Below are positions 46,345-56,542 of a stretch of DNA of 64,000 nucleotides, piece by piece. The stretch spans positions 38,229 through 102,228 of IMG/VR virus record IMGVR_UViG_3300002835_000070. One strand, 5' to 3'. The position numbers and the translations under genes were made by a program. Positions within the stretch are counted from its first letter, which is position 1. Every line of letters begins with the position of its first letter. The stretch is from a virus. A model generated the notes under the pieces. It saw only the letters and a list, made by a program, of their open reading frames with translations. It was not told the origin of the DNA and did not search any database.

Positions 46345-49300
46345 ATGGCATATCCAAATGGGTCAATACCCGTAACAAGTAACATAGGCACTACGGCAAG
46401 TAGTGACACATTTCCAACGCACATAGATAATCTTGGGGCAGGTGGTCTTATGACTATGCTTACGGTTGCCAATATGAACTCGATACCAACTGCTCGAAGA
46501 AAGTTTGGTATGCAGGTTTCGGTAACAAGCGACACAACTCCCGCAAACAATAAAGTTTACATTTTAGCAAACGTTGCAATGGGTGGAACAGATAATTCTG
46601 TTTCAAATAATGCGAATTGGATTGAATACTCTTCTTTCAATGGTGCAAGTCCTTTTGAATATAATGCTAATGCAACAGGCATTCAGCCAATATTAGGCAG
46701 TAATAATGCGAGTGGTTGTTTAGCTACTATTGGTGGTGGTTGTTATAATATTGCAAGTGGAACACATTCTTTTATTGGTTCAGGCTTTTGTAACAAGGCA
46801 ACTTTAGATAAATCTATTGTTGTTGGGGGATATAAAAATTGTGCATCAGGTTGTTATTCTTTTATTGGGGGTGGTTATTATAATTCTTCAAGTGGTAAAT
46901 ACGCTACAATTGGTGGGGGTTCATATAATGAAACTGCTTATAGTTATACAACTGTAAGTGGTGGAAAATATAACAGTTCAATTAGTAAGGGTGCTACCGT
47001 TAGTGGCGGTATATTAAATAATTCAAACAATCAATATGCTTTTGTAGGTGGAGGTAAAAAAAATCTTTCTTCTGGTCAATTTGCTACTATTGGCGGTGGT
47101 TGTTGTAATAAAGCGTGTGTTAATGGTTCAACAGTTGGTGGTGGAATAAAAAACACATCTTGCAATAATTTTTCAACAGTTAGTGGTGGTTGTTGTAATA
47201 CTGCGAATGGTTGTTACTCTTTTATAGGTGGTGGTGCTTGTAATCTTGCATCAAGTACTGAAAAAGGATTTCAGGGATTTTCAACAATTGGTGGTGGTAG
47301 GAGTAATACCGCTTGTGGGAATTATTCTTTTATTGGCGGTGGTAAATTAAATTGTGCTTTAGGCGAATATTCAATAATAGTTGGTGGTTTTAATAACTCA
47401 ACTACTTGCCCTCTTTCAACAATCGGTGGTGGTCGTTGCAATATTACGTCTGCTATAAATTCAACTATTAGTGGTGGTTGTAGTAATAGTACTTCGGGTT
47501 TTTATTCAACAATTGGCGGTGGTTGTACTAACATTGCTTCTGCTTCAAAGGCAACAGTTAGTGGCGGTGGTAATAATACTGCATCTGCTTGTTATTCATT
47601 TGTAGGTGGCGGTGCTTACAATACTGCTATTTCTACGAATTCAACTATTGGTGGCGGTGGTAGTAATAATGCGTGTGGGGAATTTTCATCAATTGGCGGT
47701 GGTGTTGAAAACGCTACATTTGCACCAAATGCTACAATTGGTGGTGGTAGGAATAATCAAGCCTGTGGTAATGCTTCAACTATTTCAGGTGGTTGGTGTA
47801 ATAGTACTTGTTATAGTTTTTCAACAGTAGGTGGTGGTAAACAGAATAGTGCTTCTTATGATTATGCAACAGTAGGAGGCGGTTATTGTAATACTGCTTC
47901 AAATTATTATTCAACAATTGGCGGAGGAATTAGTAATACTTCAAGTGATTATAATTCAACAGTTGGTGGTGGTATTTGTAATACCGCTTCGGGTTCTGAT
48001 TCATTTATTGGTGGTGGTAGAACAAATACCGCTTCGGGTTGTTCCTCGATAATTGGTGGTGGTTTACAAAATACTGCTTCTAATAAATACACAACAGTTA
48101 GTGGTGGTCAATGTAATACTGTTTCTTCAATTAATGGCATAATTGGGGGAGGTTGTTATAATAAAATAAACGCATCTCAAAACTATAATAATAGTTATCC
48201 TTTTATTGGAGATGTAATTAATGGCGGTAGTCGTAATGAAATTAAACAAAATACTTATTGTGCTTTTTCTTCTACTGGTGGAAATGTAATTGGAGGGGGT
48301 TATAATAATATAGTATGTGCTTATAGAGAGTCAAATACTATTGGTGGTGGTAAAATTAATACAACTCGTGGGGATTTTTCAACAATAAGCGGAGGAAATA
48401 GCAATAAGGCTTATTGTAGTGGCTCAACAATAGGTGGCGGTTCTTTTAATAAAGCGTATAATTATCACGCTACTGTTTCTGGAGGTGTTGCAAATACTGC
48501 TTGTGGTTGTTATTCAACTATTGGTGGTGGTAGATGTAATATAATTACTTCTGGTCGTTATACATTTATTGGAGGAGGTCAAAAAAATTCGCTAACCGCT
48601 ATTTATTCAACAATTGTAGGGGGTTATTATAATACTGCTTCTGGTTATTCTTCTTTTGTAGGTGGCGGTAGTAAAAATACATCAAGTAATAATTATACAA
48701 CAGTAGGTGGCGGTAGATATAACGTTTCAAGTAGTTATTATGCTACTATTGGAGGTGGTTGTTGCAATACTGCTTCGGGCAATAGTTCTTTTATAGGTGG
48801 GGGTATATTTAATGTTAGTTGTGGTGCTGTTTCTTTTGTAGGTGGCGGACAACGTAATGTAAATTATGGTCTTTTTTCAACAATTTCTGGGGGTTATTAT
48901 AACTGTATTCAAGGAGGATGTAATTCTACAATTGGTGGCGGTAGTAAAAATTGCATAAAGGGTAAGAGTGGAGTAATTGGCGGAGGTTATAATAATTATA
49001 TTACTGATAGAAGTGATTATTCCTCTATTATTGGTGGCAGAAATAATAATACCAACGATTATAGTGATGTTCATATAATAGGTTGTAATATTACTGCAAA
49101 TCAAAATAACACTACATTTACAAATTGCATTTCTGCTTGTAACTTAACCGCAGGTTGTTTTGTATCAGTAGGTGCAAACGGTGTATTAATAGATAATGCA
49201 GGTATTCCTTATGCGGGTTGCTTAATAATTCAAGGTTTAGGTACGGGTAGTACAATGCGTTGTGGTTTGTCAAATATTGCAACAGGCAATTATGCAACTC

Positions 49301-50700
49301 TTTTTGGCACAGGTAATGTTGCAAGTGGAGAGAAATCAACAGTAGGTGGTGGAGAATGTAATACTGCTTCGGACTATCATTCAACAATTGGTGGTGGATT
49401 TTGTAATACCGCTTCGGGCTTTTTGTCAACAATTGGGGGCGGAAAATGTAATACTGCTTATGCTTGTTATTCATTTGTAGGGGGCGGATATTGTAACGTT
49501 ACAAGTGGATATAGAGGCAATACAATTGGAGGGGGTCGTGAAAATATTTCTACTTCGTATAATTCAACAGTTGGTGGCGGTTTTCAAAATACTGCTTCTG
49601 CGTATTATTCAACAATTAGCGGTGGTAAAAATAATTTCTCAAGTGGTTGTTGTTCATTTGTTGGTGGTGGTTATAGTAATGTTGCTTCTGCCTTTCATTC
49701 AACAATAGGGGGTGGTTATGAAAATATTAGTTCTGGGCAGTATGCAACAATTGGGGGTGGTGCTAATAATGTTGCAAACAATCTTGTTTCTTTCGTAGGA
49801 GGTGGTACGGGTAATCTTGCTTACGGACAAAAATCAACAATTGGTGGAGGAGAGACAAATGTTGCTTGTGGCGATTATTCAAGTGTAATTGGTGGAAGTG
49901 GAAATGTTGCCTGTGGTCTTTATTCAACAGTTGGAGGTGGACACGGAAATTGTGCAATTGGTCGAGGGTCAACAGTTAGTGGTGGTTCTTCTTATTCAGC
50001 TTATAATAATAAAGCGTATGGAAGTTTCTCAACAATAGGTGGTGGATATTATAATTGGATTAATGGTATTGATGCTTGTGGTTATGCTTCGACAATAAGT
50101 GGTGGTAATTGCAATACTATAAATAATAGAGAAGGAACAATTGGGGGTGGTAGGCACAATACAGTAAGTGCTAATTTATCAACAGTTAGTGGTGGTCAAT
50201 ATAATACTGCTTCTGGTGGTTGGTCAACAGTAAGTGGTGGTAAGTGTAATAGTGCAAGTGGGTGTTATTCATTTATTGGTGGTGGTTATAGCAATACTGC
50301 TACTGTGCAATACTCAACAGTTGGTGGAGGACTTAGTAATATTGCTTGTGGTTCTTATGGAGTAATTAGTGGTGGTTTAGCAAATATTAATGGTGGTAGT
50401 TTTTCAATGATTGGTGGCGGAAATGCTAATAAAATTGTACAAAATAACAGTGCTTCGTTTATTGGCGGTGGTACTTGCAATAATGTACAATCAGTAGCTT
50501 GTTTTTCAGCTATTTTAGGTGGTAATAATAATAATGCACAATCCGCATATTCAATGATTGTAGGAACTAATATCACTACGAATAGAGTTTGCACTACATT
50601 TGTAAATAACTTATCTATAATGAATATTCCAACAAGTAGTGCTGGTTTACCGAGTGGCTCTGTTTGGAGAAGAGAAAGTTCATTGTGTATAGTGCCTTAA
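46345..50700 (+). CDS. Fibre/spike protein 3 (1451 aa)
   Basis: Same N-domain; longest repeat array. Confidence 0.75.
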   Translation: MAYPNGSIPVTSNIGTTASSDTFPTHIDNLGAGGLMTMLTVANMNSIPTARRKFGMQVSVTSDTTPANNKVYILANVAMGGTDNSVSNNANWIEYSSFNGASPFEYNANATGIQPILGSNNASGCLATIGGGCYNIASGTHSFIGSGFCNKATLDKSIVVGGYKNCASGCYSFIGGGYYNSSSGKYATIGGGSYNETAYSYTTVSGGKYNSSISKGATVSGGILNNSNNQYAFVGGGKKNLSSGQFATIGGGCCNKACVNGSTVGGGIKNTSCNNFSTVSGGCCNTANGCYSFIGGGACNLASSTEKGFQGFSTIGGGRSNTACGNYSFIGGGKLNCALGEYSIIVGGFNNSTTCPLSTIGGGRCNITSAINSTISGGCSNSTSGFYSTIGGGCTNIASASKATVSGGGNNTASACYSFVGGGAYNTAISTNSTIGGGGSNNACGEFSSIGGGVENATFAPNATIGGGRNNQACGNASTISGGWCNSTCYSFSTVGGGKQNSASYDYATVGGGYCNTASNYYSTIGGGISNTSSDYNSTVGGGICNTASGSDSFIGGGRTNTASGCSSIIGGGLQNTASNKYTTVSGGQCNTVSSINGIIGGGCYNKINASQNYNNSYPFIGDVINGGSRNEIKQNTYCAFSSTGGNVIGGGYNNIVCAYRESNTIGGGKINTTRGDFSTISGGNSNKAYCSGSTIGGGSFNKAYNYHATVSGGVANTACGCYSTIGGGRCNIITSGRYTFIGGGQKNSLTAIYSTIVGGYYNTASGYSSFVGGGSKNTSSNNYTTVGGGRYNVSSSYYATIGGGCCNTASGNSSFIGGGIFNVSCGAVSFVGGGQRNVNYGLFSTISGGYYNCIQGGCNSTIGGGSKNCIKGKSGVIGGGYNNYITDRSDYSSIIGGRNNNTNDYSDVHIIGCNITANQNNTTFTNCISACNLTAGCFVSVGANGVLIDNAGIPYAGCLIIQGLGTGSTMRCGLSNIATGNYATLFGTGNVASGEKSTVGGGECNTASDYHSTIGGGFCNTASGFLSTIGGGKCNTAYACYSFVGGGYCNVTSGYRGNTIGGGRENISTSYNSTVGGGFQNTASAYYSTISGGKNNFSSGCCSFVGGGYSNVASAFHSTIGGGYENISSGQYATIGGGANNVANNLVSFVGGGTGNLAYGQKSTIGGGETNVACGDYSSVIGGSGNVACGLYSTVGGGHGNCAIGRGSTVSGGSSYSAYNNKAYGSFSTIGGGYYNWINGIDACGYASTISGGNCNTINNREGTIGGGRHNTVSANLSTVSGGQYNTASGGWSTVSGGKCNSASGCYSFIGGGYSNTATVQYSTVGGGLSNIACGSYGVISGGLANINGGSFSMIGGGNANKIVQNNSASFIGGGTCNNVQSVACFSAILGGNNNNAQSAYSMIVGTNITTNRVCTTFVNNLSIMNIPTSSAGLPSGSVWRRESSLCIVP

Positions 50701-50722
50701 TAAAAATAAAAAAAATAAAAAT

Positions 50723-50983
50723 ATGTATAAATTTGAAATAGTTGTTGGAAGTTTACAAATATCACTTAATGGATTAATTATATTAGTTGTTCCAAAAGAT
50801 TCTTGTGCAATAGATGTTTTGGCGTTATCTAAATCAACTCCTTACATATCTATTTTTAATAAATTTTTGGCTAACTTTACAACCATTTTCAGCCAACCGT
50901 TGTCAAGTTGCATAAACGCAACTAATACGCCTTTTACCGAAAGTAGCTTTATTGCTTTCGCAGAGGTTAATTTAGGGGTTTAA
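50723..50983 (+). CDS. Stand-alone copy of the N-domain of fibre 4
   Basis: GSLQIS.NG.IILV.PK.SCAIDVL...FAE.NLG shared with 50996. Confidence 0.8.
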   Translation: MYKFEIVVGSLQISLNGLIILVVPKDSCAIDVLALSKSTPYISIFNKFLANFTTIFSQPLSSCINATNTPFTESSFIAFAEVNLGV

Positions 50984-50995
50984 AAAAATATAGTT

Positions 50996-52606
50996 ATGAT
51001 AAAATTAGTAATAGTAGATGGAAGTTTACAAATAAGCATTAATGGTTCAATTATATTAGTAGCACCGAAAAATTCGTGTGCTATTGATGTATTATCTTTA
51101 TACGATGCGATACCTTTAATTGTAATTTACAATAAGTATTTAGGTAATTTCACGAGTATTTTTAGTCAACCTTTGTCTGAATGTACGGACGGTACAGGAA
51201 CTCCTTTTGACGTAAACACATTTATTGATTTTGCGGAAGCAAATCTTGGGTTTGATACATCAGGTGGTGGTGGCGGTGGTTGTAGTCCTTTCAAATATAA
51301 CACTAATGGAACAGGTATAGAACCTTGCTTGGGTAGTAACTATGCGAGTGGGGATTTATCCACTATTGGCGGTGGTTCTACAAATACTGCGAGTGGTATT
51401 CACTCAACAATTGGTGGTGGGGATTGCATAACCGCTGATGGCGACCATTCTTTTGTAGGCGGTGGTTTATGTAATACGGCAACAGGTGGATGTTCGACAA
51501 TTGGTGGTGGAATTAGTAATACCGCTTCGGGTAATAATTCAACCGTTAGTGGTGGGAAATGTAACACTTCTTCTTGTGATTTAGCAAATATCAGTGGTGG
51601 TATTTCAAACACTTCCTCTGGTTACGCTTCAGTAATTGGTGGCGGTACAGGAAATGCTTCTTCTACTGTTAATTCAACAGTAGGTGGTGGAGGTAGTAAT
51701 TCGGCTTCAGGTAGTGCTTCAACAGTTAGTGGTGGTTGTGCGAATTTCGCTACTGCTTATAAAACAACTGTTGGTGGTGGTGGTAGTAACTATGCAACTT
51801 CTGACTTGGCTACCATTGGTGGTGGAAGCCAAAATAATGCGGTTGGTTATTGGGCGACAATTTCAGGCGGTAAAGGACAATGGGCTTGTAATAGTGCTTT
51901 TGTAGGAGGTGGTAGATACAATTGTGCTAATGGTTGTAATTCTGTTGTAGTTGGTGGTGGTGGTACATATCCATCGGAGGGTAATATTGCAAGTGGAAAT
52001 ACATCAACAATTAGTGGCGGTAGAGCCAATGCTTCCATAGGAGGCTTTTCAACAATTGGCGGTGGTATTTTTAATAGTGCTTCTGCTAAATATTCAACAG
52101 TTGCAGGGGGTTATAATAATACTGCTTCTGGTTATTCTTCTTTTGTAGGTGGCGGTAATCTTAATACTGCTTCGGGTTTTTATTCAATAATTGGCAGTGG
52201 TAGGAGAAATACTTCTTCTGGTGATTTTTCTACAATCGGAGGAGGTTGTTACAATACTGCTTCTGGCAATAAGTCTTTTATAGGCGGGGGTTATAAAAAT
52301 TGTGTTTCTAATTATGAATATTCATCAATTGTTGGTGGCAAGAGAAATAATACTTATAGTGCTTATTCTTTTATAGGTAATGGTTATCAAAATAAAGTTA
52401 ACGCTGATTTTTCAGCTATATTAGGTGGTAAAAACAATGTTGCTAATTACGCTTGTTCGATGATTGTAGGAGATAATATTACTACAAATAGAATTTGTAC
52501 TACATTTGTAAACAACTTATCTATAATGAATATTCCAACAACTAATCTTGGATTACCGAGTAATTCTGTTTATAAAATAGGTAATCAATTATTTATAGTG
52601 CCTTAA
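50996..52606 (+). CDS. Fibre/spike protein 4 with a different N-domain
   Basis: Same repeats and the CTTFVNNLSIMNIPT C-terminus. Confidence 0.75.
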   Translation: MIKLVIVDGSLQISINGSIILVAPKNSCAIDVLSLYDAIPLIVIYNKYLGNFTSIFSQPLSECTDGTGTPFDVNTFIDFAEANLGFDTSGGGGGGCSPFKYNTNGTGIEPCLGSNYASGDLSTIGGGSTNTASGIHSTIGGGDCITADGDHSFVGGGLCNTATGGCSTIGGGISNTASGNNSTVSGGKCNTSSCDLANISGGISNTSSGYASVIGGGTGNASSTVNSTVGGGGSNSASGSASTVSGGCANFATAYKTTVGGGGSNYATSDLATIGGGSQNNAVGYWATISGGKGQWACNSAFVGGGRYNCANGCNSVVVGGGGTYPSEGNIASGNTSTISGGRANASIGGFSTIGGGIFNSASAKYSTVAGGYNNTASGYSSFVGGGNLNTASGFYSIIGSGRRNTSSGDFSTIGGGCYNTASGNKSFIGGGYKNCVSNYEYSSIVGGKRNNTYSAYSFIGNGYQNKVNADFSAILGGKNNVANYACSMIVGDNITTNRICTTFVNNLSIMNIPTTNLGLPSNSVYKIGNQLFIVP

Positions 52607-52645
52607 TAAATAAATAAAAAAAAGAATAAAACCGAAATACTTTTT

Positions 52646-52653
52646 TATATTTG
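52646..52653 (+). promoter_or_regulatory. -7 box TATATTTG
   Basis: Intergenic, 50 nt before 52703. Confidence 0.55.
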
Positions 52654-52702
52654 TATTTCAAAATTGACTTAAAACAATTAAAAACATTTAAAATTAAATA
52701 AA

Positions 52703-53041
52703 ATGGAAAATTTCACAATTCACATCTTCGGTTACGGAGAAACACAGATTAATTCAAAAGATTTATCAGTAAAAGTAAAAACTGATACTCTTACTACTGT
52801 AACGCCATTAGTGGCAGGTATATTCGCTAAAAAACCTGCGGACAACCCAACTTTGATTACAGATTTTCACGCAATAAACCTTTTTGGCTACAAAGACGTT
52901 CGTTGGATGGCAAAAGACGGTTTTAATGTAAAAGACGATGAGGATTTAAAACCTCTTATTGACGCTTTAATTGCTGAATTGCAAACCGCAAAAGACAACG
53001 AACCTGCACCTGCTCCAAAAGTAGCTAAAGCAACAACATAA
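52703..53041 (+). CDS. Hypothetical protein
   Basis: ORF with promoter box and A-rich leader. Confidence 0.7.
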   Translation: MENFTIHIFGYGETQINSKDLSVKVKTDTLTTVTPLVAGIFAKKPADNPTLITDFHAINLFGYKDVRWMAKDGFNVKDDEDLKPLIDALIAELQTAKDNEPAPAPKVAKATT

Positions 53042-53132
53042 AAAAATAGTCGTTATGCTCGGTAACTCCTCTTTGTTAATTCAAATGAAACCGAGTGAAA
53101 GACTAAATTAAGAAACTAATATAACAACAAGT

Positions 53133-53951
53133 ATGAAAAAGATTTTTTTCAATTCCTCGCTCCCACGTTCGGGGTCAACTTTGATTTCTAATTTGATTGC
53201 TCAAAACCCTGAATTTTATGCAACGCCTACTTCGGGTCTTTCAGATTTAGTTTTGAGTGCTAAAAACTCTTACGCACATTCCCAAGCAATTTTGTCGCAA
53301 GACAAGGAAGCAATGGAAAAAGCATTTTTAGGATTTTGCCGTGCAGGTATGCAAGGCTTTTTCAATAACCTTACCCCAAAAGAATTTATCGTTGATAAAA
53401 GCAGAGATTGGGGTATTCACTACAACTTATTGAATTTACTATATCCTGAACCAAAGATAATTTGTATGGTTAGAGATGTTCGAGCCGTATATGCTTCTAT
53501 GGAAAAGAACTTTAGGAAAAATCCGCATAAAGAAAGTCATATCCAAAATGCACCACAATTAATTGGAACTACATTAGACAAGAGAATTAATATATGGGCT
53601 GACGGAGTACCTGTTGGTATTGCGTTAGACCGTTTGAAAGATGTTATCCAACAAGGTTTAGATAAAAAAATATTATTTATTCGCTATGAAGACTTAATGG
53701 CGAACCCTGAAAACGAAATGAAGCGTTTGTATGAGTATTTAGGACAACCTTACTACGACAAACACGATTTTGAAAACATTACCCAACATACTCACGAAAA
53801 CGATGCTATTCACGGTATCTATGGCGACCATCAGTTAAGACCTAAATTCGAGAGATTACCTGACGATTTTTACGATGTTTTAGGTTACGAACTTTGCCAA
53901 TCCATAAAAAACACTTATGCTTGGTTCTACAAATATTTTGCGTACCTATAA
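53133..53951 (+). CDS. Sulfotransferase
   Basis: SLPRSGSTL (5'-PSB loop), DKSR, MVRDVRAVYAS (3'-PB), IRYEDL..NP. Confidence 0.9.
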   Translation: MKKIFFNSSLPRSGSTLISNLIAQNPEFYATPTSGLSDLVLSAKNSYAHSQAILSQDKEAMEKAFLGFCRAGMQGFFNNLTPKEFIVDKSRDWGIHYNLLNLLYPEPKIICMVRDVRAVYASMEKNFRKNPHKESHIQNAPQLIGTTLDKRINIWADGVPVGIALDRLKDVIQQGLDKKILFIRYEDLMANPENEMKRLYEYLGQPYYDKHDFENITQHTHENDAIHGIYGDHQLRPKFERLPDDFYDVLGYELCQSIKNTYAWFYKYFAYL

Positions 53952-54103
53952 AATAATCGAAGTATGTATGTAGAAAATATTTTAAGTTACAGTTTTAAAG
54001 AATTTAATTGTAGCTTTTATCCCTGCGTTGTAAATATGTTTATTCCAAAGGGTAGTATAGCATTAGTTCAAGTAAATAGTAAAAAATCAAAAACAATAGA
54101 GGT

Positions 54104-54559
54104 ATGATATTCTGGTTCACGGGGCAACCCCACGCAGGAAAAACAACATTAGCTAAACACTTAAAAAAAGCCTTAATGTTAAATAATCCTTTAAGAGAAG
54201 TTCATTTAGTTGACGGAGATGATTTGAGAAGAATTATCAACAATAAAGACTATTCAGAACAAGGACGTAGAAATAATATTAGTCAAGCAATAGCAATCGC
54301 TAAATATTTAGACGACAACTCAAAAAATGACGTTGTAGTGTCTTTAGTTTCTCCGTATAAAGATTTAAGAGATGAATTGAAGTCAAGTACCGATGTAATT
54401 GAAATTTACGTTCATACGACAGATATTAGAGGTAGAGAAGCGTTTCACGTTGCGGACTACCAAGCACCAACAGAATCATTCATTGATATTGACACAACAG
54501 GTGTTGATGTATTGGTTTCGGTAAATGAGTTGTTAAATAAAATCAAAAACTTTTCATAA
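54104..54559 (+). CDS. cysC: Adenylyl-sulfate (APS) kinase
   Basis: WFTGQPHAGKTT, DGDDLR, YSEQGRRNN, SLVSPY, YQAP. Confidence 0.85.
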   Translation: MIFWFTGQPHAGKTTLAKHLKKALMLNNPLREVHLVDGDDLRRIINNKDYSEQGRRNNISQAIAIAKYLDDNSKNDVVVSLVSPYKDLRDELKSSTDVIEIYVHTTDIRGREAFHVADYQAPTESFIDIDTTGVDVLVSVNELLNKIKNFS

Positions 54560-54870
54560 TGAAAAAAGAAAAAAAAGTAGTCAATACTAAAGATGCAATC
54601 CAAAGATTCATTTTAGAGGGGCGTGAGGTAATTCTTAAAAAAGAAAACGAAACTTCATTTGTCCGCATCAGGTTTAATAACGAAGATACAGACGGTACTC
54701 AAAAGTGGCGTGTATTAATCAATGGAAACGAACTTCGTACAAGCGAAGTAATCATAAACTGCCAAGTAAGAACTCTTACCGAAGAGTTTCAAGAAATAGG
54801 TATAAAACACCATATTGTTTGCGATGCCAAAGAAATCATATTTAAAAATAATATAGCAACTGTAAATTAA
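54559..54870 (+). CDS. Hypothetical protein
   Basis: Translationally coupled ORF. Confidence 0.65.
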   Translation: MKKEKKVVNTKDAIQRFILEGREVILKKENETSFVRIRFNNEDTDGTQKWRVLINGNELRTSEVIINCQVRTLTEEFQEIGIKHHIVCDAKEIIFKNNIATVN

Positions 54871-54877
54871 TAAGAAA

Positions 54878-55432
54878 TTGGCAGTTAAAAGAGATATTTC
54901 AGGGCAAAAATTCGGTAAGTTATTTGTTTTAAATTACGTTGAAACGATTAATAAATTGAGTAGATATTTATGTCAATGCGATTGTGGGAATCAAAAAGTT
55001 TTAATTAGAAAACTTTTGGTAAGAGGGGATACAAAAAGTTGTGGTTGTGATTGGATACAATCTAATTCTAAACATCATTCTTGGAAAGGCTACGAAGACT
55101 TACCTTTAGATTTTTTTACAAGTATAAAAAGAGGTGCAAAATCAAGAAATATAGAATTTGATATAAAAATTGAGGACATTTGGGATTTATTGATTCGTCA
55201 AGATAGAAAATGTGCGCTTTCGGGATTAGATTTGAAGTTTTCTCAAATAAGAAAAAACAGAACGTTACAAACAACTTGCTCTTTAGATAGAATAGATAGT
55301 TCTATGGGATATGTAAATGGTAATGTTCAATGGGTTCATAAGAAAATAAATATAATGAAGAATAAACTATTAGACAAAGATTTTATATATTTCTGCGTTA
55401 TGGTTTCTAATAAAAATAAAAAAAGAATTATT
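54878..55432 (+). mobile_element. HNH-type homing endonuclease, in frame with the downstream nucleotidyltransferase
   Basis: GQKFGKL...CQCDCG...KSCGC; CALSG...SLDRIDSSMGYVNGNVQWVHKKINIMK; no stop before 55433. Confidence 0.75.
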
Positions 55433-55843
55433 ATGGAAAATAATGAATGGAAAGAGTTTATTCACGTTGAATCCTCTTTAAAAAGAAAAAAAAATCAATT
55501 TGCTATGTTTTGCGGTAGGTTTCAACCTTTACACGAAAGTCATATAGCATTATTTAAAAGGGCGTTAGAAAATAAAAAAAATGTTCTTATATGTATTAGA
55601 GATGGGGAGATAAATGAAAAAAATCCGTTTACCGCTGAAGAAGTTTTAAAAAAAATATCCGAGTATTACAAAAATCTCATCAAAAAGGGCAAAGTTAAAG
55701 TTATGATAATCCCTGATATTTGTTCAGTAGAATTTGGACGTGGCGTTGGATATGATATTATTGAGCATATACCACCTACTGAAGTAGCGGAAATTTCTGC
55801 TACTAAAATTAGAGAGCAAATGCGTAAAGACGGTACGCTATGA
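55433..55843 (+). CDS. HxGH-class (cytidylyltransferase/ATP-sulfurylase-like) nucleotidyltransferase
   Basis: GRFQPLHESH, NPF, GRGVGY, ISATKIR; internal ATG with an A-rich leader. Confidence 0.75.
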   Translation: MENNEWKEFIHVESSLKRKKNQFAMFCGRFQPLHESHIALFKRALENKKNVLICIRDGEINEKNPFTAEEVLKKISEYYKNLIKKGKVKVMIIPDICSVEFGRGVGYDIIEHIPPTEVAEISATKIREQMRKDGTL

Positions 55844-56193
55844 TAAAAAATTCAACCTACTTTGTAGATATTGACGGTACTATCATTAAGTATAGACCTT
55901 TTGCGTTATTACTATCAATCGAGCCTGAACCAATTCAGGATGTGATAAATAAAATCAATAAGGAATACGACAACGGAAGTCATATTGTGGTTACAACCGC
56001 AAGACCTGAAATGATGAAAACACAGACCAAGAAAGAACTAAAAAAGGTTGGGTTAAAATACAATCAATTAGTAATGGGTATTGGTAGAGGAACAAGATAT
56101 TTGCTTAATGATGTTGACCCCGAAAATCCAAGAGTTAAAAGGGCAGTAGGCGTTAATTTGATTAGAAACAAAGGGCTTAAAGGAAAATCTTAA
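55840..56193 (+). CDS. HAD-superfamily phosphatase-like protein
   Basis: FVDIDGTI, TTAR, ND. Confidence 0.8.
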   Translation: MIKNSTYFVDIDGTIIKYRPFALLLSIEPEPIQDVINKINKEYDNGSHIVVTTARPEMMKTQTKKELKKVGLKYNQLVMGIGRGTRYLLNDVDPENPRVKRAVGVNLIRNKGLKGKS

Positions 56194-56194
56194 A

Positions 56195-56539
56195 ATGACA
56201 AAAGAACAAGACGGTAATATGGTTGATATTTCAACCATTAAAACTATTTCAAATGAAGAATATAGTTTTTTAATAAAACAAAGTTTAGAGTTAGATAAAC
56301 TCAAAAGCGAAAAATCAGTAAGTTATAAAAGACATATTTTCAAAGCAATAAGTTATAGAGCGTTGGGTTCATTCCAAACCTGCCTAATATCTTATTTCTT
56401 TACAGGTAACTTTTTGGTAGCAGGAAGTATTGGGCTAACGGAAATTTGCATAAAGCCAATTATATATTTCTTTCACGAAAGAATGTGGTACACGTTTTCA
56501 GATTATGGGGTAAAAAATAAAGAAATTAAAAAAGACTAA
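56195..56539 (+). CDS. DUF2061-like membrane protein
   Basis: RHIFKAISYR...K..IYFFHERMW. Confidence 0.75.
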   Translation: MTKEQDGNMVDISTIKTISNEEYSFLIKQSLELDKLKSEKSVSYKRHIFKAISYRALGSFQTCLISYFFTGNFLVAGSIGLTEICIKPIIYFFHERMWYTFSDYGVKNKEIKKD

Positions 56540-56542
56540 ATT

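Noticed and set aside
39900-52450. 45-nt periodic repeats as a CRISPR array
   Set aside because: Degenerate, in-frame coding repeats with no unique spacers and no cas genes.
39538-52606. Diversity-generating retroelement acting on the fibres
   Set aside because: No reverse transcriptase in the window, and differences between copies are not adenine-specific.
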